Below, piece after piece: positions 18,975 to 27,923 of a stretch of DNA of 64,000 nucleotides. Every line of letters starts with the position of its first letter. The first letter of the stretch is position 1. The notes under the pieces were generated by a model. It saw only the letters and a program-made list of their open reading frames with translations. It made no database searches and was not told the origin of the DNA. Position numbers and translations under genes: made by a program. Origin of the DNA: Armatimonadota bacterium (lineage in GTDB: Bacteria; Armatimonadota; SYMT01); NCBI GenBank assembly GCA_046292385.1, contig JBKBRF010000021.1, forward strand, positions 32,001 through 96,000. The letters run 5' to 3'.

Positions 18975-19233
18975 CCACCCCGTGCCCTCCCCGGACGGAG
19001 CGGCCCTCCCGCGTGAGTGGCCCTGCGCGGCCCTTTCACGCTCCGCCTCCGGCTTCGCTAGCGGGCGCTACGGGCGTGCTACTCGCCGCGTTGCGCTCCG
19101 CGACCGATAGCGACGTCTTCGGCGAGACGGCGATTCACGGGCCGCTCCGTCCGGCTCAAGCAGCCACCCCTCGCCAGGGGTGGCCACAAGGGGAACCCTT
19201 CGGACCTGCCTTCGGCACACCCTCCGGGCTCCG
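18975..19233 (-). ncRNA. Structured non-coding repeat, copy C
   Basis: Perfect 16-bp stem 18991-19006/19139-19154; hairpin GCCACCCCT/AGGGGTGGC; colinear with copy B. Confidence 0.6.
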
Positions 19234-19318
19234 ACGGCCGAACACGCTGGGACCGAAGGCAGGTTCGTCGAGCGTCGGGCAGGTGCCGCCGCGCTGGCAT
19301 GAGATACACTCCCCCGAG

Positions 19319-20074
19319 ATGAACACGTCCTTCTCCCGAATCGCTATTCAGGTCGCCGTCCCGCAGGAGCTGGCGCCGCTGCGGCGGCTGCTCGGCGCCA
19401 CCGCGGGGCCGGAGGGGCTGCGGAGGTGGTCGGCGGCGGCGGCGCAGGTGGGAGATCGGGAGGTGCTGCTGCTCGCGAGCGGGATGGGCGCGCGGCGGGC
19501 GGCGGAGTGCGCGGCGGCGGTGCTGGACCACTGGCGGCCGGATCTGCTCCTGCCGGCCGGGGTCGCCGGGGCGCTCTCCGCTACCCTGCGGATCGGCGAT
19601 CTGGTCGTGGCGGACGCGGTGCTCTCGGGCGAGGAGTGGCTGCGCGCCTCGCTGGTGCCGAAGCTCACCTCCAAGGGCGCCCACACTCGCAGCGGCGGCC
19701 TGCTCTCCCAGGACCAGGTGCTGATTGACGCGAGCGAGAAGAGAGCGGCCGCCGTGGAGCCGCTCCTCGCGGTGGAGATGGAAACCGCGGCCGCGGCGCG
19801 GCTCGCCATCGAGAAGGGCGTGGCGTGGGCGGCGGTGCGCGCCGTCTCCGATACGGCGGACGAGAGTCTCCCCCTGGACTTCAACCTCCTGCGGGACGAG
19901 AGCGGCGACCTCCCCACCGCGCGCGTGGCGCTCGCCGCGCTGCGGCGGCCGGGGTCTATTCCGGGACTGGTCCGCCTGGGCGGAAACACCTCGCGGGCCG
20001 CCGCGGCGCTCGCTGCGGCACTGCAGGGCTGGCTGGATGCCGGCTGCCCCGCCCGGCTCGCCGCGCCGCGTTGA
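19319..20074 (+). CDS. Nucleoside phosphorylase/MTA-SAH nucleosidase family (HpnG-like)
   Basis: SGMG, AGVAGAL, AVEMETAA, VRAVSD. Confidence 0.82.
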   Translation: MNTSFSRIAIQVAVPQELAPLRRLLGATAGPEGLRRWSAAAAQVGDREVLLLASGMGARRAAECAAAVLDHWRPDLLLPAGVAGALSATLRIGDLVVADAVLSGEEWLRASLVPKLTSKGAHTRSGGLLSQDQVLIDASEKRAAAVEPLLAVEMETAAAARLAIEKGVAWAAVRAVSDTADESLPLDFNLLRDESGDLPTARVALAALRRPGSIPGLVRLGGNTSRAAAALAAALQGWLDAGCPARLAAPR

Positions 20075-20289
20075 CTCGCTCCCGGAATCCCGGCATACTC
20101 ACGTGGAGCAGGCAAGCTTTCGGTTTCTGTGGCTGGCCTCGCCGTGATTCGAAAGTGAGTCCCTCTCACGCCAGCTCGTATTGCGTAGTGCGTATTCCGT
20201 AGCGGGCGGCTTCGCGCTCGCAGCGAGGACAGCGTGCCGGGCGATACGCCGCGCCGGCCGCCGCGCAATTCGCGATACGCACTACCCCC

Positions 20290-21618
20290 ATGCCCCGCCC
20301 TCTCCTCACCCCGCTCCTCGTCGCCGTCCTGCTCGCTCCGGCTGCGTCGGTGGCGCAGGACGCTGCTCCCGCGGTCCTGACCCCGGAGGAGGCGGTCCGG
20401 ATCGCGATCCGGCAGAGCCCGACGCTCGAGGTGGCGCGGCGGGAGCGGAACGTCGACCTGTTGGAGGCGGACCGCAACCGTCCGGGGTTCCGGCCGGAGG
20501 TCTCCGCCACCGTCTCGCAGATCCTGCGCGCGCCGCAGGTCGATCTCCCCGGCCGCCGGGACGCGGTGGTGCTGCCGAACTCGATCTCCCGCTTCGAGGT
20601 GGGGCTGAAGACTCCGCTCTACCAGTTCGGCGCCGGCAGCGCTCCGGGCGCGCGGGCCGACGCAATGGCGGCGGCGGCGCGCAGCGAGTACGACCAGGCG
20701 GTGCTCGATCTCGCTCTCCAGGTACGGGAGAGCTATCTCGACCTGCTGCGCGCGCAGGCGTTCGCGGAGGTTGCGCGTCGCGGCCTGGCGCTGGCCCGAG
20801 AGCACGTGGAGCAGACGAAGCTGCTGGAGTCGCGGGGGCTCCAGGCGGCGGTCGACGTGCTCCAGGCGCAGCGCTCCGAAGCGGAGGCGGAGAGCAGCCT
20901 GCTGAAGGCGGAGCACGGCGTCGTCCTGGCGCGGGCGAACGTCAACCGGGTGCTCGGACGGGAGCTCGAGACCGCGTTCTCCCCCGCGGATCCGGAGGCG
21001 CTCCCGGGTGAGCCGGAGCCGGTCTCGGTGCTGGCGGCGCGGGCCATCGCCGAGCGGCCGGAGATCGCGCTGCTGCGGCACCAGATCGAGGCGGCGGAGG
21101 CGGGGATCAGGCTCGCCCGTGCCGCGCGGCAGCCGCGGGTCGATCTCGACGTCGCCTACGCGCTCCAGACCGAGACGGCGCTCGTCCCGCGCAGCGGCAT
21201 CGCCGCCGGGGTGAGTCTGCGGGTGCCGATCTTCGACAGCGCCGTCCACCGGTATACCGTCCGCGAAGCGGAGGAGCGCCTCGCACAGCTCCGGAGCGCC
21301 CTTCGCGCCGCAGAGCAGGGCGTGGAGCTGGAGGTGACGCGGGAGCGCCTCGGCATGGAAGAAGCGCGCAGCCGCATCCGGACCACGGAGCGCGCCGTCA
21401 CCGCCGCGGAAGAGGTCCTCTCCATCGCGCGGCTCCGCCTGGAGCGCGGGCATGCGGTGCAGCTGGAGGTGGAGAACGCCCGGCTGGCGCTCCAGCGGGC
21501 GCTGACAGACCGCGCCGCCGCGGAGCTCGACCTGCGCCTCGCCCGGGCCCGTCTCGACCGCGCGCTCGGCCTTGGCGTGCCGGCCGGAGCGGTGGAAGCG
21601 GAGTCCGCGCCGCGTTAG
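20290..21618 (+). CDS. TolC family outer-membrane efflux protein
   Basis: Signal peptide; LTPEEAV..A, two OEP repeats (PLYQFG / VPIFDS). Confidence 0.9.
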   Translation: MPRPLLTPLLVAVLLAPAASVAQDAAPAVLTPEEAVRIAIRQSPTLEVARRERNVDLLEADRNRPGFRPEVSATVSQILRAPQVDLPGRRDAVVLPNSISRFEVGLKTPLYQFGAGSAPGARADAMAAAARSEYDQAVLDLALQVRESYLDLLRAQAFAEVARRGLALAREHVEQTKLLESRGLQAAVDVLQAQRSEAEAESSLLKAEHGVVLARANVNRVLGRELETAFSPADPEALPGEPEPVSVLAARAIAERPEIALLRHQIEAAEAGIRLARAARQPRVDLDVAYALQTETALVPRSGIAAGVSLRVPIFDSAVHRYTVREAEERLAQLRSALRAAEQGVELEVTRERLGMEEARSRIRTTERAVTAAEEVLSIARLRLERGHAVQLEVENARLALQRALTDRAAAELDLRLARARLDRALGLGVPAGAVEAESAPR

Positions 21619-21719
21619 GCACCGATCCGCGTTTCCGCTGAACGCGCGAGGGCTTCTCCACGTAATATAATGGGCACGCTGCCGGAGGAGCCGCCGGCGC
21701 GCCACGCCCCGGTGCTTTC

Positions 21720-23372
21720 ATGAACGTCCGAACCATTCTCGTCCCCGTGCTCGGGGCTCTCCTGCTCGGCGCGGCGGTGTACCCCGTGCTCTCGCGCCGC
21801 GAAGACCCGGTGCGGCCGGTCGATGCCCAGTCGGCGGAGGCCCCGATCGTGCGCACGGCGCCGGTAACTCGCCGCGCCATGTCGCGGGAGATCCTCCTCA
21901 CCGGCCAGCTCAAGAGCGGCAGCGAGGCCTCGCTCTCGCCCAAGCTCGGCGGCCGGGTGCTGGCGGTGCTCGTAGCGGAGGGACAGGCGGTGCGCGCGGG
22001 CGACGTGCTGCTGCGGATCGATACCTCGGACGCGCAGGGACAGGTCGACCAGGCTGCGGCCGGTGTCGCGGCGGCACGCGCGGCGCTCCAGAAAGCGCGC
22101 GAGGGACTGCGGCTCAAAGAGATCGACGTCGAGCGCCGCGTGCGGGAGGCGGAGCGCGGCGTGGAGCAGGCGAAGCTGGCGCAGGAGCGGGCCGAGGCGG
22201 GGATGACGCTGCAGCGGAAGGCGCTGGGGGCCGACGTCCAGCGCGCCTCCGCGGGCGTGGATGCCGCGCGCAGCGCCCTGGCCCGCGCGAAGAAGGGTGC
22301 CACGCCGGAGCAGCGGCGCCAGGCAGAGATCCAGCTCCGCCAGGCGGAGCGCGGCCTGGAGCAGGCGAAGAAGAGCCTGGACGACGTCCAGTTCCTGGCG
22401 GACCGCGGCGGACTGCCGCGCATCCAGCTCGACCAGGCCCGCGAAGGCTATAAGAAGGCGGAAGACGGCGTGGAGCTCGCCCGCGCGCAGCTCCAGGCGC
22501 TGGAGCGGGGCGCCTCCGCGGAAGAGATCGCCGCGGCCGAAGCGCAGCTCCGCTCCGCGGAGTCGGGCCTCCAGGCGGCGCGGGCCGCGGCCGGACGCGG
22601 CGAGATCGATGACGCGGAGCTGGCGGTGGTCCGCAGCCAGGTCCGGCAGGCGGAGGACGGGCTGAAGACCGCGATCGCAGCCCGCGCGGAGCTGCGCGTG
22701 GCCCGGGAAGATGTCCGCGCGGCCGAGGCGGCGCTCTTGCAGGCGCAGGCCGGGCACCGGCTGGCACGGCAGCAGCTCGACAGCGGCGCGCTGCTGAGCC
22801 CGATCGACGGCACCGTGACCGCGGTGCGCGTGAACGCCGGGGAAATGGCCGGGCCCGGGATGCCGGCGGTGACCGTCGTCTCCCGCACCGGCGCCTATCT
22901 CGAAGCGGGCGCACCGGCCCGCCACCTCTCCGCGCTCCGGCCGGGGCTGCCGGTGCAGGTGTCGCTCGACGCCTCCCGTGACCGCACCTTCCCGGGCACG
23001 GTCCGCACCGTCGACACGGTCGCCGGACCGGACGGTCGCACCTTCCCGGTCAAGATCGACGTCACGGCGCCCGCCGCGGAGCTGAAGCCGGGAGCGCGCG
23101 CGCGGGCAACGGTCCGTGCCGCCGCAGACGCTCCGGGGCTCGCCGTCCCGCTCGACGCGCTGCGGTACGAAGGGGAGCGCACCAGTGTCTGGACCGTTCG
23201 GGACGGCCACCTCGCGGAAGTGCCGGTTTCGGTCGCGATGCAGGAAGGCGGGTACGCGCTGGTCGACCCCAGGGGAGCGGAGCTGGAGCCGGGCGTGCCG
23301 GTGGTGCTCTCCGGCGCCGTCGGAGTAGCACCCGGAGACCCGGTGCGGGTGCGCGGAGAGGCGGCTCGCTAA
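21720..23372 (+). CDS. RND efflux periplasmic adaptor with very long coiled coil
   Basis: Lipoyl half motifs GRVLAVLVAEGQAVRAGD and SPIDGTV; long heptad-rich hairpin. Confidence 0.9.
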   Translation: MNVRTILVPVLGALLLGAAVYPVLSRREDPVRPVDAQSAEAPIVRTAPVTRRAMSREILLTGQLKSGSEASLSPKLGGRVLAVLVAEGQAVRAGDVLLRIDTSDAQGQVDQAAAGVAAARAALQKAREGLRLKEIDVERRVREAERGVEQAKLAQERAEAGMTLQRKALGADVQRASAGVDAARSALARAKKGATPEQRRQAEIQLRQAERGLEQAKKSLDDVQFLADRGGLPRIQLDQAREGYKKAEDGVELARAQLQALERGASAEEIAAAEAQLRSAESGLQAARAAAGRGEIDDAELAVVRSQVRQAEDGLKTAIAARAELRVAREDVRAAEAALLQAQAGHRLARQQLDSGALLSPIDGTVTAVRVNAGEMAGPGMPAVTVVSRTGAYLEAGAPARHLSALRPGLPVQVSLDASRDRTFPGTVRTVDTVAGPDGRTFPVKIDVTAPAAELKPGARARATVRAAADAPGLAVPLDALRYEGERTSVWTVRDGHLAEVPVSVAMQEGGYALVDPRGAELEPGVPVVLSGAVGVAPGDPVRVRGEAAR

Positions 23373-23376
23373 TCCG

Positions 23377-26300
23377 ATGAACCTGACTCGCTTCTGCATC
23401 CAGCGCCCGATCGCGCTGATGATGGTGATCGGCGCGATCCTGATCCTCGGCTGGCGGGCCCAGATGGGGATGCCGGCGGAGCTCGACCCCCGGGTCGATA
23501 TTCCGGTGATCAACGTCGTCACCCTCTACCCCGGCGCCGGCCCGGAAGAGGTGGAGCAGCGGGTCACCCGTCCAATTGAAGAAGCGGTCGGAGCGATCGG
23601 GAACATCGAAGAAGTCGATTCCCGCTCCCTGGAGAGCGTCTCGTTCGTCACCGTCCGGTTGAAGCTCGGCACGAACCTCGACTCGGCCGCGGCCGACATT
23701 CGCTCGAAGGTGGAGGCGGCCCGGCGGGAGCTGCCGGACGGCGCGGAAGCGCCGCTGATCGAGAAATTCGACTACAACGCCCGCCCGGTGCTGGTGCTCG
23801 GCGTTACCGGCGCCCAGTCAGCGGAGCAGCTCCGGCGCCTGGTAGACGAGCAGATCCGCACCCGGATCGGGCAGGTGGCCGGGGTCGGCAGCGTGCAGAT
23901 CGTCGGAGGCCGCCGCCGTGAGGTGCGGGTGGAGGTCGACCCCCAGCGCCTGGAAGAGCACGGCCTCACCCTGCTGGACCTCCTCCGTCCGCTGAAGACC
24001 GCGTCCCAGTCCGCTCCGGCGGGAAGCCTGTCGCAGGGAGATCGCGACGTCTCGGTCCGGCTCCTCGGCGAGTTCGAGTCGCTGGAGGAGATCCGCAGCA
24101 TCCCGATTCCGCCGCCCGATCCGGGCATGCCGGCCGACCCCCGCATGCTGGCGCTCGCCGGCCCGCCGGCGCCTTCCGCTCCGCTCCGCCTGCGCGATGT
24201 CGCGACGGTGACGGAGGGGGCGGAAGAGCGGACGCAGATCACCCGCGTGGGCCGCCGGGAAAGCATCGGCATCATCGTCTCCCGGGTGCCGGACGCCAAC
24301 TCCGTGGAAGTGGCAGACGGTGTGAAGGCGGCGCTGGAAGAGCTCCGCCCCACCCTGCCGGAGCGCGTGCGGATCGGCGTGCTGCAGGACCACTCGATCG
24401 CCGTGGGCGACGCGCTGGAAGATATCAACGTCGCGCTGATCCTCGGGGCGCTGCTGGCGGTGGTGGTGGTCTGGCTGTTCCTGCACAGCTTCAAAGACAC
24501 GCTGATCATCGCGCTCTCGATCCCGACCTCCATCGTCGGGACGTTCCTGGTGATGTACTTCGCCGGGTTCAGCCTGAACCAGATGACGATGCTGGCGCTC
24601 TCCCTGTCGGTCGGCATCCTCATCGACGACAGCATCCTGATCCTGGAGTCGATCCACCGGCACCGGGAGATGGGGAAGTCGCCGGTCGACGCGGCGCTGG
24701 ACGGCCGCGCGGAGATCGGGCTCGCGGACGCGGCGAATACGTTCGTCGACGTGATCGTCTTCCTCCCCATCGCGTTCATGGGCGGGATCGTGGGCCAGTT
24801 CTTCATGCAGTTCGGGCTCACGATCGTCACGGCGTCGCTCGCCTCGCTCTACATCTCCTTCACACTCACGCCGATGCTGGCGGCGCGCTGGTTCCGGCGC
24901 GAAGAGATGCTCCAGGACCGCCGGGGCGCCTTCGCCCGGTGGTTCGACGCCCAGTACCAGAAGCTGGAGCAGCTCTACGGGCGCTCCCTCGGTTGGGCGC
25001 TGCGCCACCGGCTGGCGGTGGTGACCGGCGGCTTCGGCTCGCTGGCACTGGTCGGCTTCCTGGGGTGGCAGGTGATTGGCTTCGACTTCACCCCCTCCGT
25101 CGACCGTGGCCAGGTCACCGTGCTCGTAGAACTGCCCCCCGGCGCTTCTCTCGCCGCTACGGACCGGCTCGTTCAGCAGGTAGAGGCCGCTGCGGTGCGC
25201 ATTCCGGAGGTCGATGCGGACCGGATGCTCACCAGCGTCGGCGAGATCATCGGCGGCTTCGGCTCGATACCGGACCGGGGGTCGCAGTTCGCCCAGGTCA
25301 CGCTGATGCTGCGAGACAAGGCCGGCCTGGCCGAGCGGCTCCTCGATCCGCTCGGCACCGGCGCTTACCGTCATCGCAGCGACGAGGACGTGGCGCGGGA
25401 GCTGCGGCAGCGGCTGCACGAGGTGGTAGGAGCGGAGCGGATCCAGGTGGCGGCGGTCCGGGGGATGACTTCCTCGCTCGCGCCGCTGCAGATCGGGATC
25501 TACGGCAACGACCTCCCGGCGCTGGAGCGCGTCTCCGAGGAGATCCGGCGGCGCCTGGCGACGGTGCCGACGCTGCAGAACGTCGATAGCTCCCTCCGCC
25601 GCGGAAAGCCGGAGCTGCAGGTGCGGATCGACCGGGAGCGCGCGGACGAGCTCTTCGTCTCTCCCGCCGAAGTGGCGGGCGTGGTGCGCACCGCGATCTC
25701 CGGCAATACCGACCTCCGCTTCCGCGAGGGCGACCAGAGCCACCCGGTCCGCCTGATGCTGGCGCGGAACGGATCCTCCGGGCTCACCGCCGATCCGGAC
25801 GACCTGCGCGGCCTCTTGGTGGCGCAGCGGGGCCCCAGCCCCGTCTACCTGGACGACGTGGCGACCGTCGGCCGCGGTGAGGGGCCCACCAAGATCATGC
25901 GCTCGCAGCAGACGCGGCGCGTGGTGATCACCTCTCACGTGCTGGAGGGAGTTTCGCTCGGCGCCGCGCGCGCGCAGGCCGCGGAGGCGCTGGAGGGGCT
26001 GGACGCCGCCGGGGTGCGCTGGACGTGGGAGGGCGACGTGAACGAGATGGATGAGAGCTCCGCATTGATGGCGGGGGCGATCATCCTCGCCATCGTGCTC
26101 TCCTACATGCTCATGGCGGCGCTGTTCAACAACATGCTCCACCCGTTCACCATCATCCTGAGCGTGCCGATGGCGCTGGTGGGAGCCCTGCTCGGCCTGA
26201 TCTACACCGACACCACGATGAACCTGGTCTCGATGATCGGCATCGTGATGCTGGTCGGCCTGGTGGCAAAGAACGCGATCCTGCTGGTCGACTACACCAA

Positions 26301-26646
26301 CACGCTCCGCGAGCGCGGCCTGAGCCGGGATGCCGCGGTACAGGCTGCCGGCCCCGTGCGCCTGCGGCCGATCCTGATGACCACCGTCTCCACCGTCATC
26401 GCCACGCTGCCGGTCGCGCTTCAGATCGGGCGCGGCAGCGAGATCCGCTCCCCGATGGCGATCGTGGTGATCGGCGGCCTGCTGCTCTCTACGCTCCTCA
26501 CCCTGCTCGTCATTCCGGTGATGTACACCTACCTGGACGACTTCGCCAGCCGCTTCAGCAAGGGCGGCGGCGACGGATCGGATGCCTCACTCGGGATGTC
26601 GTCGAGCGAGCTGCCGGCGGATGACCGGCCGGTGAGCGTGGGGTAG
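23377..26646 (+). CDS. RND efflux permease (AcrB/HAE1 family)
   Basis: YPGAGPEEVE, GILIDD, AKNAILLVD, RLRPILMT. Confidence 0.95.
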   Translation: MNLTRFCIQRPIALMMVIGAILILGWRAQMGMPAELDPRVDIPVINVVTLYPGAGPEEVEQRVTRPIEEAVGAIGNIEEVDSRSLESVSFVTVRLKLGTNLDSAAADIRSKVEAARRELPDGAEAPLIEKFDYNARPVLVLGVTGAQSAEQLRRLVDEQIRTRIGQVAGVGSVQIVGGRRREVRVEVDPQRLEEHGLTLLDLLRPLKTASQSAPAGSLSQGDRDVSVRLLGEFESLEEIRSIPIPPPDPGMPADPRMLALAGPPAPSAPLRLRDVATVTEGAEERTQITRVGRRESIGIIVSRVPDANSVEVADGVKAALEELRPTLPERVRIGVLQDHSIAVGDALEDINVALILGALLAVVVVWLFLHSFKDTLIIALSIPTSIVGTFLVMYFAGFSLNQMTMLALSLSVGILIDDSILILESIHRHREMGKSPVDAALDGRAEIGLADAANTFVDVIVFLPIAFMGGIVGQFFMQFGLTIVTASLASLYISFTLTPMLAARWFRREEMLQDRRGAFARWFDAQYQKLEQLYGRSLGWALRHRLAVVTGGFGSLALVGFLGWQVIGFDFTPSVDRGQVTVLVELPPGASLAATDRLVQQVEAAAVRIPEVDADRMLTSVGEIIGGFGSIPDRGSQFAQVTLMLRDKAGLAERLLDPLGTGAYRHRSDEDVARELRQRLHEVVGAERIQVAAVRGMTSSLAPLQIGIYGNDLPALERVSEEIRRRLATVPTLQNVDSSLRRGKPELQVRIDRERADELFVSPAEVAGVVRTAISGNTDLRFREGDQSHPVRLMLARNGSSGLTADPDDLRGLLVAQRGPSPVYLDDVATVGRGEGPTKIMRSQQTRRVVITSHVLEGVSLGAARAQAAEALEGLDAAGVRWTWEGDVNEMDESSALMAGAIILAIVLSYMLMAALFNNMLHPFTIILSVPMALVGALLGLIYTDTTMNLVSMIGIVMLVGLVAKNAILLVDYTNTLRERGLSRDAAVQAAGPVRLRPILMTTVSTVIATLPVALQIGRGSEIRSPMAIVVIGGLLLSTLLTLLVIPVMYTYLDDFASRFSKGGGDGSDASLGMSSSELPADDRPVSVG

Positions 26647-26824
26647 CACAGACCGGTATCCGCACTCCGGGACCGGCGGGGCGTCCGGCTCCGCACGCGC
26701 TCCGCTTACGAATCCCTGGCGCCGTTCAGGCGAGGACGGCAGGGTCGTTCCACGTCCGTCTGCGGCCACCCTCACAGCCACCCGAAATCGTGTTGCCGTT
26801 CTACTGCGGATAGGATAGGCTCCC

Positions 26825-26848
26825 TAATAGGATAAAGATGTCCTATTA
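26825..26848. promoter_or_regulatory. Palindromic operator upstream of doxX (candidate Rrf2 site)
   Basis: TAATAGGA-N8-TCCTATTA perfect 8-bp inverted repeat in an AT-rich patch. Confidence 0.6.
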
Positions 26849-26910
26849 ATCCTGTTCCGGGGCGTTGCCACGGAGCCCGGAGCAGAACCTCACAAGGGAG
26901 GACCACGCAG

Positions 26911-27345
26911 ATGGCACAGGTTTCACACGAAGCGGCCGGAGCCCCGGGGATCCAGGCTCAGGTACACGACCCCGCGCACCAGGCTTACCAGATCCTGCGA
27001 CTCGCCTTTACGGTCGCGCCAATCGTGGCGGGCGCAGACAAGTTCCTCGGCCTGCTCACCAATTGGGAGCGCTACCTCAGCCCGCCGGTAGCCAGCCTCG
27101 TGGGAGGAAACGGGCATACGCTGATGCTCGGAGTCGGGGTCGTCGAGATCGCCGCGGGGCTGCTAGTCGCGTTCAAGCCGCGTATCGGGGGCTATGTGGT
27201 CGCGGCCTGGCTCGCGGGCATCATCGTCAACCTGCTGCTCATCCCCGGCTTCTATGACGTTGCCTTCCGAGACTTCGGCCTCGCTCTGGCGGCGCTGGCA
27301 CTCGCCCGGCTCAGCCTGGCGTACCCGGACCCGACGGGCCGGTGA
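26911..27345 (+). CDS. DoxX family membrane protein
   Basis: Four TM helices; LRLAF..AGADKF..W..YL, GVVEIAAG, RDFGL. Confidence 0.8.
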   Translation: MAQVSHEAAGAPGIQAQVHDPAHQAYQILRLAFTVAPIVAGADKFLGLLTNWERYLSPPVASLVGGNGHTLMLGVGVVEIAAGLLVAFKPRIGGYVVAAWLAGIIVNLLLIPGFYDVAFRDFGLALAALALARLSLAYPDPTGR

Positions 27346-27745
27346 GCGCGCAGGAGTTGCTCAGGAGGTCGGAGATATGCACTTGCTCCAGCTCCGCGCC
27401 GAAGCGCGCCTCGATCCGGCTCCAGAGCCGGAAGACAGGGCAGTCCGGGTTCAGGGGACATCCCTTGCCGCGGCGCGGGCACCGCTGAAAGCGGAGCGGC
27501 CCCTGCATCGCTTCCACCACCTGGCGCAGGTGGATCTCGGTGGGATCCGGGAGCAAGCGGACCCCACCCCGCCGCCCACGCGTGGTCTCAACCAGGCCCG
27601 CGCGGGCAAGGGCCTGGATCACTTTGGCCAGATGCGGCGCCGGGATGCCGGTGCGGCGGGCGATGTCTTCAACCCGACCGTCGGGGTGCTTAGCGAGATC
27701 GACCAGGGCACGCACTGCGTAGTCTTCGGTTTGTCCTAACTGCAT
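27311..27745 (-). CDS. Rrf2 family transcriptional regulator with three Cys (Fe-S type)
   Basis: DYAVRALVDLA..IA...IP..HLAKV...L...GLV.TTRGRRGG; C-x6-C-x5-C. Confidence 0.92.
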   Translation of the reverse strand: MQLGQTEDYAVRALVDLAKHPDGRVEDIARRTGIPAPHLAKVIQALARAGLVETTRGRRGGVRLLPDPTEIHLRQVVEAMQGPLRFQRCPRRGKGCPLNPDCPVFRLWSRIEARFGAELEQVHISDLLSNSCALTGPSGPGTPG

Positions 27746-27833
27746 CGTCTGCTCCCCGGCTCCTGATCTCTAGCGACCGTCCATCTACTTCATTGTTACC
27801 GCAGGGGGCGTGGGAGAGCGGCGCTCAGGCGAA

Positions 27834-27856
27834 TAAAAGGAAACACTCTCCTTTAA
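27834..27856. promoter_or_regulatory. Second related palindrome between rrf2 and the cytochrome gene
   Basis: TAAAAGGA-N7-TCCTTTAA, resembling the doxX site. Confidence 0.45.
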
Positions 27857-27923
27857 TTCCATTAATCGCCGGCGGTACCCCGCAAGCTCCGTTCCCCGCC
27901 CCCGAACCCGAAAGGAAGAGGTT

